Below are positions 40,303-57,549 of a DNA stretch of 64,000 bases, piece by piece (within the stretch, counting starts at the first letter, position 1; every line of letters begins with the position of its first letter). Origin of the DNA: the human T2T-CHM13v2.0 reference genome, Homo sapiens; the NCBI RefSeq assembly GCF_009914755.1, contig NC_060934.1, one strand, 5' to 3'. The position numbers and the translations under genes are program-made. The notes below the pieces were generated by a model, which ran no database searches, was not told the origin of the DNA, and was given only the letters and a program-made list of their open reading frames with translations.

Positions 40303-41160
40303 CTCTTCAGTCATTTGAAGGACATGTTTTCCTTTTCTGTCTAAGATTGTTATCATTGAAAAACAATACATCCAGACAGAAGAAATATGTTTTATACAAA
40401 ATATTTGGAAACCACTATCTTATAGAGCATACTACTCTGTATGTTTTGTAGACACAAATGAAGAGGAAACTAGTCCCTGACTTTGTGATATACAGAAATT
40501 ACCATATAGAAAACAAACTTTTAAAAAGCGTTGCCTTTTATGTAGGTCATGAAATTTAAAACCTAGGTCCTTGGCAGGGTGGATTATTTCCCTAGAATAT
40601 CAGAGGAAGTGAGACCATTTTTTTCTGGCCACTGACAACAAGTTGTAATTTACAGAGCTAGAGATGAGAGAGCTAGCCTTTGTAGCCATTTACATTTAAT
40701 GCTCAGTTATATGAAGTTACGTGCTTCAAACTTGCATACATAATATGCTATTATAGACTATTTATAGTTCAGATGTTGTTTACATGAGTGAAATAAAGAA
40801 AAATCTGTCATTCTGTATTACTCAGTACCTTGCTGGTAGTCACAAGAAGAAACAATTAGAAGCATAGAAATACTGTAAGACTTTTGTAATTGGTGCTCTT
40901 AAGAAGTCAGTTTAAAACCAATGATTTTGATTTTTATTAATAGAATAAATAAATCTAGTAGTTGGCATCACCTAGAGCTAAATGAATTAAATAGATTTGT
41001 TTTTAATCTGCTGTTATGAGTAAGGACATTAGATATATTTCACTTTGATGATTTTGCCAACTGCAAAAATCTTTGTCAGTATTTTACAATAAAGTCTCTC
41101 AATTTATACTAAGTTCTTCTTGCATTTATACTATACTATATACTGTATAGTATATATACT

Positions 41161-41352
41161 TGTTTTTTTTTTTGAGACGGAGTCTCGCTCTTTCCCCCAG
41201 GACGGACTGCAGTGGCGCTATCTCGGGTCACTGCAAGCTCTGCCTCCCGGGTTCACGCCATTCTCCTGCCTCAGCCTCCTGAGTAACTGGGACTACAGGT
41301 ACCTGCCACCGTGCCCGGCTAATTTTTTGTATTTTTAGTAGAGATAGGGTTC
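41161..41352 (-). mobile_element. 5'-truncated AluY-like element (right monomer)
   Basis: Contains GAGACGGAGTCTCGCTC and CCTCCCGGGTTCACGCCATTCTCCTGCC. Stops just after the A-rich linker. Confidence 0.9.
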
Positions 41353-41411
41353 TGCACTATAAATCTGAGAGCTTTTAAAGGGTAAGTTTTTAAAGTAGTG
41401 TTCTATGGAAG

Positions 41412-42345
41412 TGTAGGGGTCAAAGGAAAACTTCTCCTTTGCTCTCTGAAGGTTCACTGAAAAATCAACTGACAAATGGCAGATTAATTGGAGAAAAGGC
41501 ATACAGATGTATTAATGTGCACATGGGGGAGAACAATAAAATGATTGCCCCAACCCTCCAGTGGGGCCCAGATACTTATATATAGCCTTATTTCAGAGGG
41601 GGTGGGGAATATATGTAATTTTCTTGAGGGGCCATAAATTATTACTAGGGAGAATGTATGAAACAAGGAACAGAGATTAATCTGTAAATACTTCTCTTTG
41701 GAAATTGAATGAGACTAACAGACAGATATTATCTTGTGAGAGTCTATTGAGGTATGGTTACATTCTTGGTTTTCTTTTCTCCAACAGATAATGAGATAAC
41801 AGGGAGGGTGTATTAATCTGTTCTTACACTGCTATAAAGAACTACCTGAGAATGGGTAATTTATGAAGAAAAGAGATTTAACTGACTCACAGTTCCACAG
41901 GTTTAACAGGAAGCATGACTGGGAAGCCTCAGGAAACTTACAATCATGGCGGAAGGCGAAGGGGAAGCAAACACCTTCTTCACATGGCAGCAGGAGAGAG
42001 AGTGAAGGGGGAAGTGCCACACACTTTTAGGCCATCAGATCTCATGAGAACTTACTCACTATCATGAGAACAGCAACGGGGAAACCCACCACCATGATCC
42101 AATCAACTCCTGCCAGGCCCCTCCTCCAATATGATGTGAGATTTGGGCAGGGACACAAATCCAAACCATATCAGAGAAGAAAAAGCAATTGTTATCCTCG
42201 AAGGGTGGAGGGGGAAGGATCTGATCTTTATGTAGATAGGGGAAAATCCTCTTCCAGTGTCTATTGATTTTTAAGGGCCTTTAATTCAAAATACTCATTA
42301 TACCTGGGAGCCATATTTTGGTGTGAACTTCCCCAAGCTCCTTCA
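41412..42345 (-). mobile_element. ERV1 solo LTR (MER34/LTR49-like) split by MSTA
   Basis: TG...CA ends with a perfect GAAG TSD at 41408-41411 and 42346-42349. Confidence 0.8.
41809..42173 (-). mobile_element. MaLR solo LTR (MSTA)
   Basis: Reads TGTATTA..CTGCTATAAAGAACTACCTGAGA...GGGACACAAATCCAAACCATATCA. Confidence 0.9.
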
Positions 42346-42712
42346 GAAGACAAAATTTTAAATTGCAAACCTTCAATTAAATTTCCAATTAAAATTCTGA
42401 ACCCTAAAATGGGTGGATCATACTCATTATGTTTAAATTTCCTTCTAAATGGAAGATAATATATTCAAAGCAGCTTAATGACCACAAACTGGCTAATTTT
42501 AAATAATCATCAGCAAATTGAATGATTATGTATTTTCTGTATAGTTTCTCTCAACACAAACACAACTCACTCTTTTAGTTTTCTGTCTATTCTAATGAAA
42601 AACATGACTCTACTAGATTTAAATTGTTAACAACAATTTTTTTCCTCAAAAAAAGGTTTTCTGTATTTTAGTGTCCATTTGCTAGCAGACTGACGTCAAC
42701 CCTAATATACTC

Positions 42713-42790
42713 TTCATTCATTAATTCATTCATTCAACAAATATTTATTGAATGATACTGATACTGTGCCAGGTCCTGAATGGATATATG
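42713..42790 (-). mobile_element. L2 3' tail
   Basis: (TTCA)n followed by CAACAAATATTTATTGA..TGTGCCAGG. Confidence 0.7.
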
Positions 42791-44369
42791 AAAGTAGAAA
42801 AAAATATCAAGCAGGATGCATTCTCTACAATTATTGAAGGTATTGGTGGTACTGGGATTCAGAAATGTACAACATAAATTAGCTTTTAATTTTTTAAAAA
42901 AATATGAAATCTAAGCTGTAGTTTATATTAGCAGAGAGATTTAATAAGAAACCTATGTGAACAGCTGGGAAAATTTTCCTCAAAGTCATAGCCAGAGCTT
43001 CATATCCAAAGGATTGGCAGTGTAGGACAAATTTTGAGATAAAATAGAAAAAATAAAATATCTGGGGAACGTGCATTTTGGCTGGCCAAGAAGCAGTGCC
43101 AACACATATGGCCACTTCTGAAGGACTAAGAAATTTAAAAAAAGGGAAGATAATTCTGTTCATTTGACCCTCTTAGTGCTCACTGTATGTGAAAAACAAA
43201 CATATGTTTATGTTGGCTCAACAGTATTTTGTGCTTCTTGACAAAGTCAAAGGATTACAGTGTTCATTGATGGAACTTTGTGAAATTATTTACATCCCAA
43301 ATCACAAGTAATTGGCCCTACTAATTGGTCTAGAGTTGCCAGGTTATTTTCTGTGCACAGTAGGTGGCATATTTTTAAAGCAATGCACACAGATTAATGA
43401 GGGATTTTGTTTTCATCTGGTTATGCTTCCATGCATAGGAAATCTGGCAGAATCTCTTTGAAATTCTCTTCCTGTTGAGGCGATTAGCTAAAACAACTTC
43501 AGAGACAAATGTTAGCCCATATTTATCTTTTGTGAGGCGTGATGGAGAAGCCAGCAAATGTTTCAGTTAAACAGTCCTAGACATTGAAAGAATGGGCGGA
43601 GGAAGAGAGAGCCAAGTCAATATTGTACAAGCTAGAGAGAATAGTTTTCTCTGAATTCTAACCACCCCTAGGAATATTATGAACTATTTACTCTTCTAAT
43701 TTTATGTATTTAAGATAAATCCTTCAAGTTTAGATTCACTGGTAGGCATATTCTTGGCATTTAAAGGAGGCACTTGGTTGTGAGAATGAACAGTATGTGT
43801 AAGGTCATTTAAACTGATGAAATACAGTTGAATTTAGATTTAACTCTCTTTTATTTCTCACCACTTTTAGAGAAGGTATACTTTCCAAATTTAAAAATGT
43901 GCAAACTGAGTTGAACCAATTTGCTAGTGATAATAAAGGACAGTAGATTCAGGAAAATGATAGTGGTTAAAGATTCAGAATTAAAAATGACACTGACTAC
44001 CTTGAATCTGAATTATTTGACTTATTAACTGTTGTAGCCTTGGAAAAATTCTCTAACCTCTTTAAACATCTACTATTATCATCTTAAAATACTTGAAGTT
44101 ATTACTACTCAGTGAGATGATGGATGAGAAGTATATACCACAGTGTCTGCCCACAAACAGTGAAAAGATCCTATTGGGGCATTCATCATTTGGTTCAATT
44201 TAAAGAAGTCGCGTTTCTAAATTTAGGAATTTATTAATCATCTGAATTAAGATTCTCTCTTATGAGACTACCTTTCTCATGGACACAACAACAGGTTATT
44301 ATTTATTCATTTCATGTTGAGTATCACATCATTGATGATTGTTAAATCGAGAACATCATTAAATGGGAA

Positions 44370-45700
<1,331 letters not shown>

Positions 45701-45759
45701 TTATTTCTCCCTCTTGTCTTTTAAATAGTGAGGGCCTTCATTCTATGACTCCAAGGAAG

Positions 45760-45964
45760 TGAATTAAGCCATGTGAGCTTAGAGATGACCCCAAGCCTCA
45801 GATGAAAATGCAGCCCTGGCTCTCAGCCTGTAAGACTCTTTGTAGAAGATCCAGATAAGAAGTCTCTAGACTTCTGATCTACAGGAACTTGGGTAATATG
45901 TGTGTGTGTTTTAAAGCTTCTAATTTTGTGGTGTTTAGTTGTAAAGCAACAGAAAACCAATACA
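45760..45964 (+). mobile_element. MLT1 LTR 3' part
   Basis: Reads CCTCAGATGA..GCAGCCCTGG...AGACTTCTGA...GCAACAGAAAACCAATACA. Confidence 0.8.
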
Positions 45965-47528
45965 CTCACCATGTCAATCATAAGCACAATTAATAAATAG
46001 TGAAACTGAATAAATCTTAACAAGGCAGTCAAGTACTAATAAAGAATATCTGCATTGCGCAAAGGTAACTGCTGGCTAAGCCATGTTCCTTCAAGCGCTG
46101 CAGTAACCTTATGGGAGACCATTTTTAAAAAATCATCCATCCTGGTGCATAGCTTTTTATAACAAACAAATTCCATAAAGCCCACCTGCCAATAAGGAAG
46201 AGCAGTACTAATATTTTAAGACAAACGGAAGGGAAGATACTGAGTTTTCTAGATAAGGAAATACAAGATTTCAGGACTGTTACTATTCCTAATTCTGGAG
46301 AACAATGAGAAAAGAAAAGAAATAGAGAAGTTTCAGTTGCGTGACTCATCTCTTAAAAGGGAAGTACAGATTTTTTTCCCCAAATCTAATTGAAGCCACC
46401 CATAGCAGAAACCTTATTATTGTCCCAGAGAAAGTGTTTATAATTAACAATGTTCTGCTTCTCTTTCCAGATGCTAAAATAGCCATATCTTTTAATAATT
46501 ATGCCTGTGGTTTTTGAAATATTATTTGTAGTTTCTGTCTGGTGGCCTCATTAAGTTAAATTACATAACTTATATAACCTCCTTTTTTTGTCTCTCCAGA
46601 CAGAAATACTGATTGCTTCTTTCCCCACAGGGCTGAGTAATCTCTATTTCACTTTGCTTAACATTGTATTGCATTTTTCGAGTAGATATAAATGTAAATG
46701 GAGGTAATGATTATGAGAAAGGATGTTGCCTGAAAGATTTAAAACAAAAGAAGAAATATAGACTTGGCATCCATATAGACAGAATAACACTGAAGTTACT
46801 AAAATCTAAGGAAATAACAGTTCAAAGCTGCAGAAAAAATTTGCATTTATAGGAGGAATGCCTAGTGTGCATTTGGTCTTCTTAAAGACCAAGGTCTGTA
46901 ACTTCTGCAACTATGCTTTGGCAAACTTGTTCCTGAAAAATGATTATTTATTAGTGAAAATAAGTTTGAAGAACCTTTCACAACAAATAGTGCTTTGATC
47001 AAACTAGCTCTTCACTCCGCAAAAGCTTTAGAAGGCTGAGCCAGACTCATGCATCGATAAAATGATCGAATAAATAGATGCTAATACTAGTAGTAGCAGG
47101 GTGTGATTCCAGAGACTCTCACGTAATTTTTGCAAGAGCACCCTGTTAAAAAAGAATGGCTCCTACTCATGTCTGTGGAAGAATATTGTCTTCCATAAAA
47201 TTAGAAGATTGACTGTAGGTTCGTTAACAGCTTCATTAAAGGTCTAACGCTAGCTTTAAATCCAAATAAAGACACCCTCAACTGCCTGAAAGTCAGAGTA
47301 ATCAGTCTCACAATAAGAAAGCAAAACATCTAATTGCATCTTTAATGAAATGAATCATGTGACCCCTTATTCATCCTTGATAGTTACAAGTGCTAAGGAG
47401 GAAATCTGAACTAAGAAATAGAAACAAAAAAAGACAATGACAAGAGTATGACTTGAATACACTGCCTCTTTTTAGAAATCAGCGTTTTTGTATTCATTGG
47501 GTTGTAGGTATATCTGCAGCTAATGGGG

Positions 47529-47587
47529 GTGTGTGTGTGTGTCTGTATGTATATGTGTGTGTGTGTCGGTATGTATGTCGGTGTGTA
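47529..47587. repeat. Imperfect (TG)n/(TATG)n microsatellite
   Basis: Seen directly in the sequence. Confidence 0.8.
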
Positions 47588-47922
47588 TTTTTTTTTAAAG
47601 GGAGCTATATGGTTGGACCCAAAATATTATAATATGTACCTCTTAGTTAAGTATTTATGTGTAATTTATATTATTGTATAAAAAATTTATACTTGTGCAA
47701 CTTACATTATATGAGAATTCCAGAATAAATAAAGTTTAAGCAGTGTAGAAGTGTGAAGAGCAAGAATCCCCATTGGTCATTTAATGCTTTTTTTCTTAAA
47801 AAAAAAATTAACTGTTTTTTTTCTTTCTTTTTCTTTTCTTCCTTTTTTTTTTTTTTTTTTTTTTGGTTACCTTCAGGATCCTAGTGCAGCTCTAACCCAT
47901 TCTTTTAAAATATGTATAACAT

Positions 47923-48475
<553 letters not shown>

Positions 48476-50679
48476 CCATTAGCTTTTGTCTAATGTCTTT
48501 TTTTTCTTTCTTGTGGATTCTATACTTTGAAAGTATGTAGCCAATAATCTTGCACATAATTGTTTATTAGTCTAATGCAAATTATTCTATTTCATTTTTT
48601 GAGTGTCCTAATCCTTTTCTTTGTTGCATTTTCTACTTCTACCGATGGTGTTGTGTTTCATTACATATTTAAAAAAAATTTTCTGTGAGCTTATTTTGAA
48701 GCACACATTTTTTTTTCTTATAGGATTCTATATGATGTCTGTTTTTGAAGTATCATGCTAGAACAATTTCTATTTTGATTTTGTCTGGGGGCATCACTTG
48801 TTTGGAACAAGTTTTTAATAATGGTTTTTGACTTGGGATTTCTTTACGACAGCTGGGTAGAGTACATTTGGACTCTAAACTCTGTGGGGTATGATTTCAC
48901 TTGTCCATGGGATAATTTCTTTCTACTCAGATTGAGGAGAAACATTAGATTTATTGTATACTCTTTTGGGTTCATATATCAAATTATTGATTTATTCTTT
49001 ATCCAGAATTATATCCATTCCAGCAGTCTTGATTTTTTCAGAGACTTAAGTTGTAACTCCATACTTCCTGTGTATCTGAGCCTTAATCTCCTATTCCCAG
49101 AGGAATTGAAGGTTGAAAGCTAACCTTCTCAACATTACTGAGTCTGAAACTCTTTCATGGCTGCAGAAACATCAGCTTATGCACCTATTGCTTTGGCTTT
49201 CATCATATTCATTGTTTTGGTACTTGAATTTTTGTTTTTGTTTCTTTCATTTTAAGCTATAACATTTTTTAAAAAGAAAGAGACTTTTTAATTCAGCATC
49301 TATTGCCATCTATCATTGGAGTTGTTAGAAAAAGATTTTTAACATCAGTGTAGTTCATCAAATTGCTGGGAATAGAGGTCCACTTCCTCTTCTACATGGC
49401 TACTGCAAAGTCATTTTTGATACGGATATATATTTATTAATTTATTCACTAATTCACTTAGTGATGGGTATTTAATTTCTTTTTTTACTTTTTGTAATTT
49501 TACTTATTTTAGTGATAATAGTCTTAATAAATAATATCCTGTGCATACATTCTAAATATGAGACAATGCCTCAGTAATGACATTGTTGCTTTAATGATGA
49601 TGTAATTTTAAAAATTTTAACAGATATTATTAATCATCTTTCTAAGGACACTATAAAAATTTATTGTTGCTTGAAGGATTAAGCTATTTAATAAAGATAA
49701 GTAAAGAAATTAAAATATTTTCCTTAGAGTTTTGATATGAAAGCTTATAATTTAATACTTGATCTTCTAAATTCTGAAGGTGACTTTTATTTAAACAGAA
49801 AATAAATTATATAACACAAATGAAAGCAAAACACATAGATAGAATAATAAATCTGTCAACTTTGTGCATGGTTAACCAGGAAAGTTGAGATTAAGTGCAC
49901 TATTTCTGAGACAAGAAACAAAAAAGAGATAAATTCTCACCTCCAAATAAAACTAATTCCAAACATCAACTCATGGTTAGTTGTTAGTTTTTTGCTTACT
50001 GGCTAATGCCGGGACCATTGCTGGTGCTTGGTAGAATCCCTGGGGAGGCCATGGTCTGTGGTCATGTCAATGGAGTATCAATATGTGAGTTAGATCACTT
50101 TCAAGATAGCAGATAGAATAATTGCTTCTGTGAAATTTGACAGCTGCAGCCTTTAAAATTTATATTGTCAAATAATTTTAATTTCACTGTGGGGTGCTTG
50201 AACTAAATCTCTGTATTTGTTGACTGAAAATTTTTCTGTAAAACCAACCCAGTTTATCTGTTCAAAGAAGTTTCTGTAACTGATCCGGTTCTACTAACTA
50301 TGCCTGAAATATATTTCTCATATCCCATGATCATATCTTATCTTACATAATAAATTTTCATAGGAACTTCTTACATTAAGTGACTATGTCATAAATATTT
50401 TTGCATGGTACACCCACCTTCAAAACATACACTAATGCGCAGAACACAGGATTTGGCACATGGATAATGTAATATTAATAAATAGGTTGTTTAATTTTAT
50501 ACCAGCGATATTTTATAGGGGGAAGGCAATATAGAGTGTTCCTTAAGGTAAGAATGTTACTGTAGTAAAAACCCTCAGAGTAACTGAATTTATGTCCTTA
50601 CTTTTTCCTCAGTTTTGAAGATGATCATTTGACAGAGTAATGTCAGCAATGACGAGAAGAAAAACGTTTTTCGTAACTA

Positions 50680-50910
50680 TTTTGAGCTAAATGTTGTGCT
50701 AAGTACTTTCCAATCATCATCTGTCCTAAAATATATAGCGATCCTATGAGGTAGATGCATTTATCATTCCATTTTACATTTGAGGAAACCAAGGTTTAGA
50801 GTTTACTTAAGGTACTTAAATCACATAGCTGGTAAGCAGTGAAACTAAAATTTGAGTCTAGAAAATCTAAATTCAGGTCTGGATTTATAACAGCTCTGTA
50901 ATACTGCCTC
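50680..50910 (-). mobile_element. MIR
   Basis: Reads CCTATGAGGTAG..ATCATTCCATTTTACA..TGAGGAAAC...TCACATAGCTGGTAAG. Confidence 0.75.
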
Positions 50911-51394
50911 TGTGTCTTCTCTTATCCTCTTGAAGCTAAAATTATAATTTCAGTGTTCAGTAAGCATACCACCACCTTTTTAGACAGACTTTTGTACACT
51001 ATAAGAATAACATATCTAAACAATTCCAATAAAAAGAAAAGCCAAAACCTATTTATTTTCAATTAACTCTTGATTATCTATCAACTGACAATCAGTGGTA
51101 TCAAGGTCTATTTTTTTCCCTTATCTGGACTGGGGCAGAGCCAATTTGGGGATAGTCAAATGAAAAGGAATTCAAAGCAGTGTCACAGGTCTCTGAATTT
51201 ATGTCTGCTATCAAATAATGGTAATTCTAGCATTAATACTATTGGATCAGGAACTATACTTAGAGTACAGTCAAATGATATATTTCAATAACTCTTTTCC
51301 ACATGAATAAAGCAAAACCTGAGAATATTAAGTGACTTCACAAATTTGTGCAACTAGTAAGTAGGGGTTCCAGTAATCAAATCTTACGCAGTAT

Positions 51395-51710
51395 TCAATT
51401 ACTTTATTCAACAAGTACTTATTAAGAACCTATCAAACGTCAAGGACATTTCTATGTAAATAAAACTGACAAAATTTCTTGCCCTTTTAGAGTTTACATT
51501 TTATTGGAGATATATAAGTGGATAAGTTAAATATATTTTATGTCCACTAGCAATAAATTCTATGAAAAAAACATGTAAAATGGAAAATGAGAATAGGGAG
51601 AGTTTGAAGAAAGGTGGGATGGAGGTGTGCAGGTTACAATTTTAAATAAGCTGGTCAGGAAAGTACTCGCCAAGAATTGAAGGAAGTGAGAGAATGAAGC
51701 ATTTGGGGGT
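51395..51710 (-). mobile_element. L2 3' fragment
   Basis: Tail ATTCAACAAGTACTTATT, then TGCCCTT.TAGAGTTTACATT. Confidence 0.65.
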
Positions 51711-51717
51711 CCCTGCC

Positions 51718-52528
<811 letters not shown>

Positions 52529-52532
52529 GTAC

Positions 52533-52833
52533 TGCTATGGCCTGAAATATGTCCCTCAAAATTCATTTGTTGAAATTTAATGGCCAATGATGATAGTATT
52601 AAGAAGTGGGTTCTTTAGAAGGTGATTAAATCATGAGTGTAGGGCACTCATGGAAAGGATTAAAGCCCATATAAAAGGGCTTGAGAGAGTGTGCCCACGG
52701 CCATCTTGGTGAGGTCTTCATCATACACCTAATGCTGACACCTTGAGCATGTGCTTCCCAGCCTCCAAAGCTGTATTATTTGTAAATTACCCAGTCTCAG
52801 GTATTTTTATAGCAGCACAAATGAACTAAGATA
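52533..52833 (+). mobile_element. MaLR LTR (MSTD/MLT1A-like)
   Basis: Starts TGCTATGG and ends CCAGTCTCAGGTATT..TATAGCAGCACAAA..ACTAAGA. Confidence 0.85.
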
Positions 52834-52836
52834 TTT

Positions 52837-53455
52837 TATTCAATTGATTCACTCAATAATGTCTTTTTTTTTAGGTTTAATAGGTGTGAGTTGCCATATG
52901 AAGGACTTGTAATGCAATGTTGAACAAAAAAGTGACAGGAACCTTGACCACATGGATTTTCAAAATAACAATGAGGACAGACAGAATAAATAAGATAATC
53001 ATAAAAGAATAAAATATTAAGACTGTGACAGGTGTTTGAAGGAAAGGAATTGGTGTCATTAGGGTAAAGGATAGATAGAGCTTGATCTAACCGTGGACAG
53101 TGGTTGAGCAGGGAAAGTTTCCCTTCAAAGTACAATCTGAGCTCATATCTGAAGGAAGAATAGAGCTAAATTAAGACTATTGAGAGCTAGGGTTTGGATC
53201 ATGATGCTAAGACTCAGAAATAAAGTATGTTTCAGGTATAGAAATACGAGTAAAATATGATGATCAAATGATCATCTGTCATATGATAATCAAAATATAT
53301 GCAAAAGTCATTGGCAGGAGGACGTATGATTTGAGAAGCAGAATGAAGGCATGTGTGTCTAAAACCAGAGGTCAAGGAGCAATGTGGTATGAAATAGGAT
53401 TTATAAGGGTGAATAAAGGCCAGACCAGGCAGGGTCAGTACCTTTATTGCTACTG
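52837..53455 (-). mobile_element. L2 fragment
   Basis: ATTCA-rich tail and degenerate L2 3' motifs. Boundaries are approximate. Confidence 0.5.
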
Positions 53456-53472
53456 ACTTCTGATTGGGTAGT

Positions 53473-53821
53473 TGCTATGGGCCAAATGTTGGCATGCCCC
53501 CAAAATGTAACTTAACTGCCAATGTGTTCGTGTTAAGAGGAAGGGCCTTTAAGAGGTGAAGTCATGAGCAAAAAGCACTCAAGAATGGAATTAGTACCCT
53601 TATAAAAGGAATACCAAGGAAACTGTTTGCTTCTTCTGCCCTCTTCCATCCTGTGAAGGCACTATTTTGGAAGCAGAGAGCACATCTGCGCTAGACACTG
53701 AAACTGCTGGCGCCTTGATCTTGAATCTCCCAGCCTCCAAAACTGTGAGAAATAAATTTCTGTTGCTTACAACTAACCCAGTCTAAGTATTTTATTGTAG
53801 CAGCAGGAATAGACTAAGACA
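53473..53821 (+). mobile_element. MaLR LTR (MSTD/MLT1A-like)
   Basis: Runs TGCTATGG...GACTAAGACA, contains CCTTGATCTTG..TCCCAGCCTCCA.AACTGTGAGAAATAAA. TSD GTAGT/GTAAT. Confidence 0.88.
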
Positions 53822-55661
53822 GTAATCTACTAACATTTTCAGAATATGTTCACCTGTAGTTTTCTTATTTTATTTTCATACCATCCATGTGATACAGATA
53901 GTTTAAACTAGAGTTGACAGATGGAGTCATAGATTCAATTTAATGCCCAAGGTCCCAAAACAAGTTAATGTTGGAAGGGGGAACCAAATGTTATGAATTC
54001 CAATGCTGGGTAAATTCTCCCAGGCCATGCTGAAAATTTAATTTGATTTCCAGATCTCTTCCTTCTTACTTGATTTTTGGCAATGATACTTGATTGTGCC
54101 TCTAAAACCAAATAGCAAGCATACAAAATTGGTGTAGTTTTGTAGACTAGAGATTTCAGACCCTTGTCTTTTTGTCTGGTACTTTGGGTTTAATATTAAA
54201 CCACTATCAGTAGAAACTGCAGCAATTTTTACTGATATGCTCAAACCAAAATTCTTAAAATAATTATATATTTTTTCAGTTCTTGATTTTATTTTAAATT
54301 ATTGTTGTATTTAATACAACTGTGAGACTCAAGGAGCTTGATTATTTATACTCTGTAACTGTGAATCTCTCTTTATATATCGATTTATGTAAATGTTCCA
54401 ATGGGATTGCCTTCACACAATGTGATAAATTCCATATACATGAAATGTCCTCAAAAACTAAGAAATATGGGAATTCTATGAAAGTATTTAACGAGACCAA
54501 CTTGTGCTGGTTCAATATTATCCTTCTGTGATAAAAATGATTCCAAACCTAAGCTCTAAGAATCATTCCTCTACAAGTCCAACATTATATGCTAGCCCCA
54601 GTTTAGCACGGGAGGTAGATTTATAGGGGAATTGTGTACGGCACTATAGGGATATTTCTCACTCACTTAGTATCAACTAGAAAGTTTTCCAAAATACAAT
54701 CAATATTCATAAATGCTTACATACACAGTACACATTTGGCTCAATTGAATCCACATTCCCATCAAACACAGAATTCCCAGGATAAAATAAAGCAATAATA
54801 CCAAGACCAATTACGCCATGGGGGCTTTAATATCTCAGAAAACTTTCAGACACTTATTTCTATAATTTAATAATTATTAACACGATTTAAAATTCATGTA
54901 TTCATATTGAGTATTTCTAAAAATAGCTTTAAATAGTATTTGTTCTTTAAATACATGTAATACTTTGTGTTAAAAAATAATAAAATGTATCTTTTACAAA
55001 TCTCTAGCCCTTCTTTTGCTTAACAATATTTTCATAGGAACTATTTTATTTGAGGTGGTGCTTTGTGACTATTTTGTTCTACTTCCCTGTACTTTTTAAT
55101 AGTACCTCTCAGCACTAATAAATAGCCATTTCATTTGGTGTTTTTAGAGTTTGATATATAAAACCTTACAACAAATTCCAGTCCCAACCCACTCCTAATT
55201 ATATCCCTAAATATTTCAATTTATTTGAATTTCTTGGAATGCTAGTTACATAATTCTGTGTGGCAAATAGGGGAGTAGTCAGGAAAGTATCTCCTAATAC
55301 CTGTTGTCCTATTTTTAAAGTGGTCTGTAACAGGTCTGAAGCCACAAGAAATGGAAATACCTTCATTCCATAGATAGAGACATGAGGGACTTAACAAAAA
55401 CTTTTAACCAAAAGATTAAAAGAAAAAAAAGCAGAGATAAGCTAGTCATGGCAGTTTTATAAATGCTCTGTACTTAAACATGTTAATTAGACATACATCA
55501 AAAGTGTTTTAGTATTAGCGAAGGGGTTATGAATGTATAGGTTAATGAAGACATAAAAACAGCTTGTAATAACAAAAAAGGGTGCAGTGAACATCTCTTT
55601 TCATAGGGGTGTAGACAGCATTTTGGGAAATACACAGAAGATGCAATACTAAAAGTTTCAT

Positions 55662-57078
55662 TGTTAGAGTATGCGGTTGCAGACATAAGCAGGAAGGAGA
55701 GCACCCCAGCACCCCACCCCAAGGAATGTCATGTGATCATTAGGTGATGATCAGGCAGTTGTTAAACTGTCTCTTTGAAATGATAATTTGTCACAGCTGG
55801 CCAGAGGAAGACAATATTCCAAGAGAGAGAAAATACCTGGAGTTGGTGATCAGCAGTTTCTGAATAAGATCTCAGCAGTTGGGCGAGCAGGCTCAAGCAT
55901 GCGTACTAAGCAGTAAAATGGCAAATGTATGATCTTCCTCTGGAGGCATTGGACTGGTACAGGAAAATCACCCCTAGAGAACACGTGCACAACCTCAGTA
56001 AATGCAATATGCATGCAGTCACCTTCCCAAGTGCTGACTGACACTGGGCTTGGGTCAGGTGAGCAATAGCCTGCCTCAAGGGAGGAGAAACGCAAATCCC
56101 AGAACCAAGCCAATTATAAAAATCCCAAGCCAAAGGCTGGATGGGGCACTTGTATCTCTCCAGTTACCAGCTTGGCCCTTCTTCAAAGTGCATGAAACAG
56201 CCTTTGCAAAAATCATAACTGACAAAATTATGACAGTGAAAGAGATCAGACCTAACCAACCCATCTTGCTTCTAACCTCTAAGTTGTCTTGGTTCATTCC
56301 TGGGCATAGGCCAAGCTACACTCGGGAAGGAATTTACGGATTAATCTCTGAAACAAAATTGATAATAGCCCTTTCCTGAAAAAAATAAAACCCCTTCTTG
56401 CTGGGGGATGAGCCTGGCTTTGTAGGACTAACAAATTAGCTGGAAGATTAGAGGTTATGGTTTAGGGGCCATGCAGCCTCCAGCTGCAAAAGTCTGAACC
56501 TCTCCAAATTGCTCCTGCGACTAACATCACTGTTGTAAAACCTAAAATCAGTACTTAAGATATTTTGCAAGACCCTGCATTCTGATGCAGCAGATGACAC
56601 CACCCAGACCAATAATCTGGCTCAACCAGTTCTGCAATCCCACCCAGGAACAGAAGTCAGCAAGACTAACCCACTTCAACGCCTTATGATTTCATTCTCA
56701 ACCCAACCAATCAGCACTCCCTACTTCCCAAGTCAGTATCTGCTAAATTATCCTTAAAAACTCCAGTCCCTGAGTTTTGGGGGAGACTGATTTGAGTAAT
56801 GATAAAACCCTTGTCTCCCACACAGCCGGCTCTGTGTGAATTACTCTTTCTCCATTGCAATTACTCTGTCTTGATAAATTGGCTCTGTCTAGGCAGTGGG
56901 CCAGATGAACCCATTTGGTGGTTACATGTACTTTGCTTCCTTTTGCTCCTGCTCTAAAATTTGCCTCAGTCTCTCCCTCTGCCTTAAACCTATTTCTGCC
57001 CCTTGGCCAAATTCTTTCCTCCAAAGAAGTAAGGATTCATATTTGCTGCAGACTCGTATGGATTCGCCGCTGGTTACA
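55662..57078 (+). mobile_element. MER50-like ERV1 solo LTR split by LTR8
   Basis: Starts TGTTAGAGTA..GCAGACAT.AGCAGG and ends GGTTACA. Perfect TCAT TSD at 55658-55661 and 57079-57082. Confidence 0.85.
56193..56926 (+). mobile_element. LTR8-family solo LTR
   Basis: Starts TGAAACAGCCTTTGCAAAA..GACAGTGAAAGAGATC and ends GGTTACA. TSD TGCA/TGTA. Confidence 0.88.
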
Positions 57079-57248
57079 TCATCATTAAAATAAAAATTTA
57101 GTTTGTATTAAAATTTAAAACATCTGCTCTGCAGAAGACACTGTTAAGAGAATCAAAACACAAATGACAGATAGAAAAAAATATTTTTGCAAAATACATA
57201 TCTCATAAAAAGAACTTGTGTTCAAAAATACAAAGAACATTTAAATCT

Positions 57249-57549
<301 letters not shown>

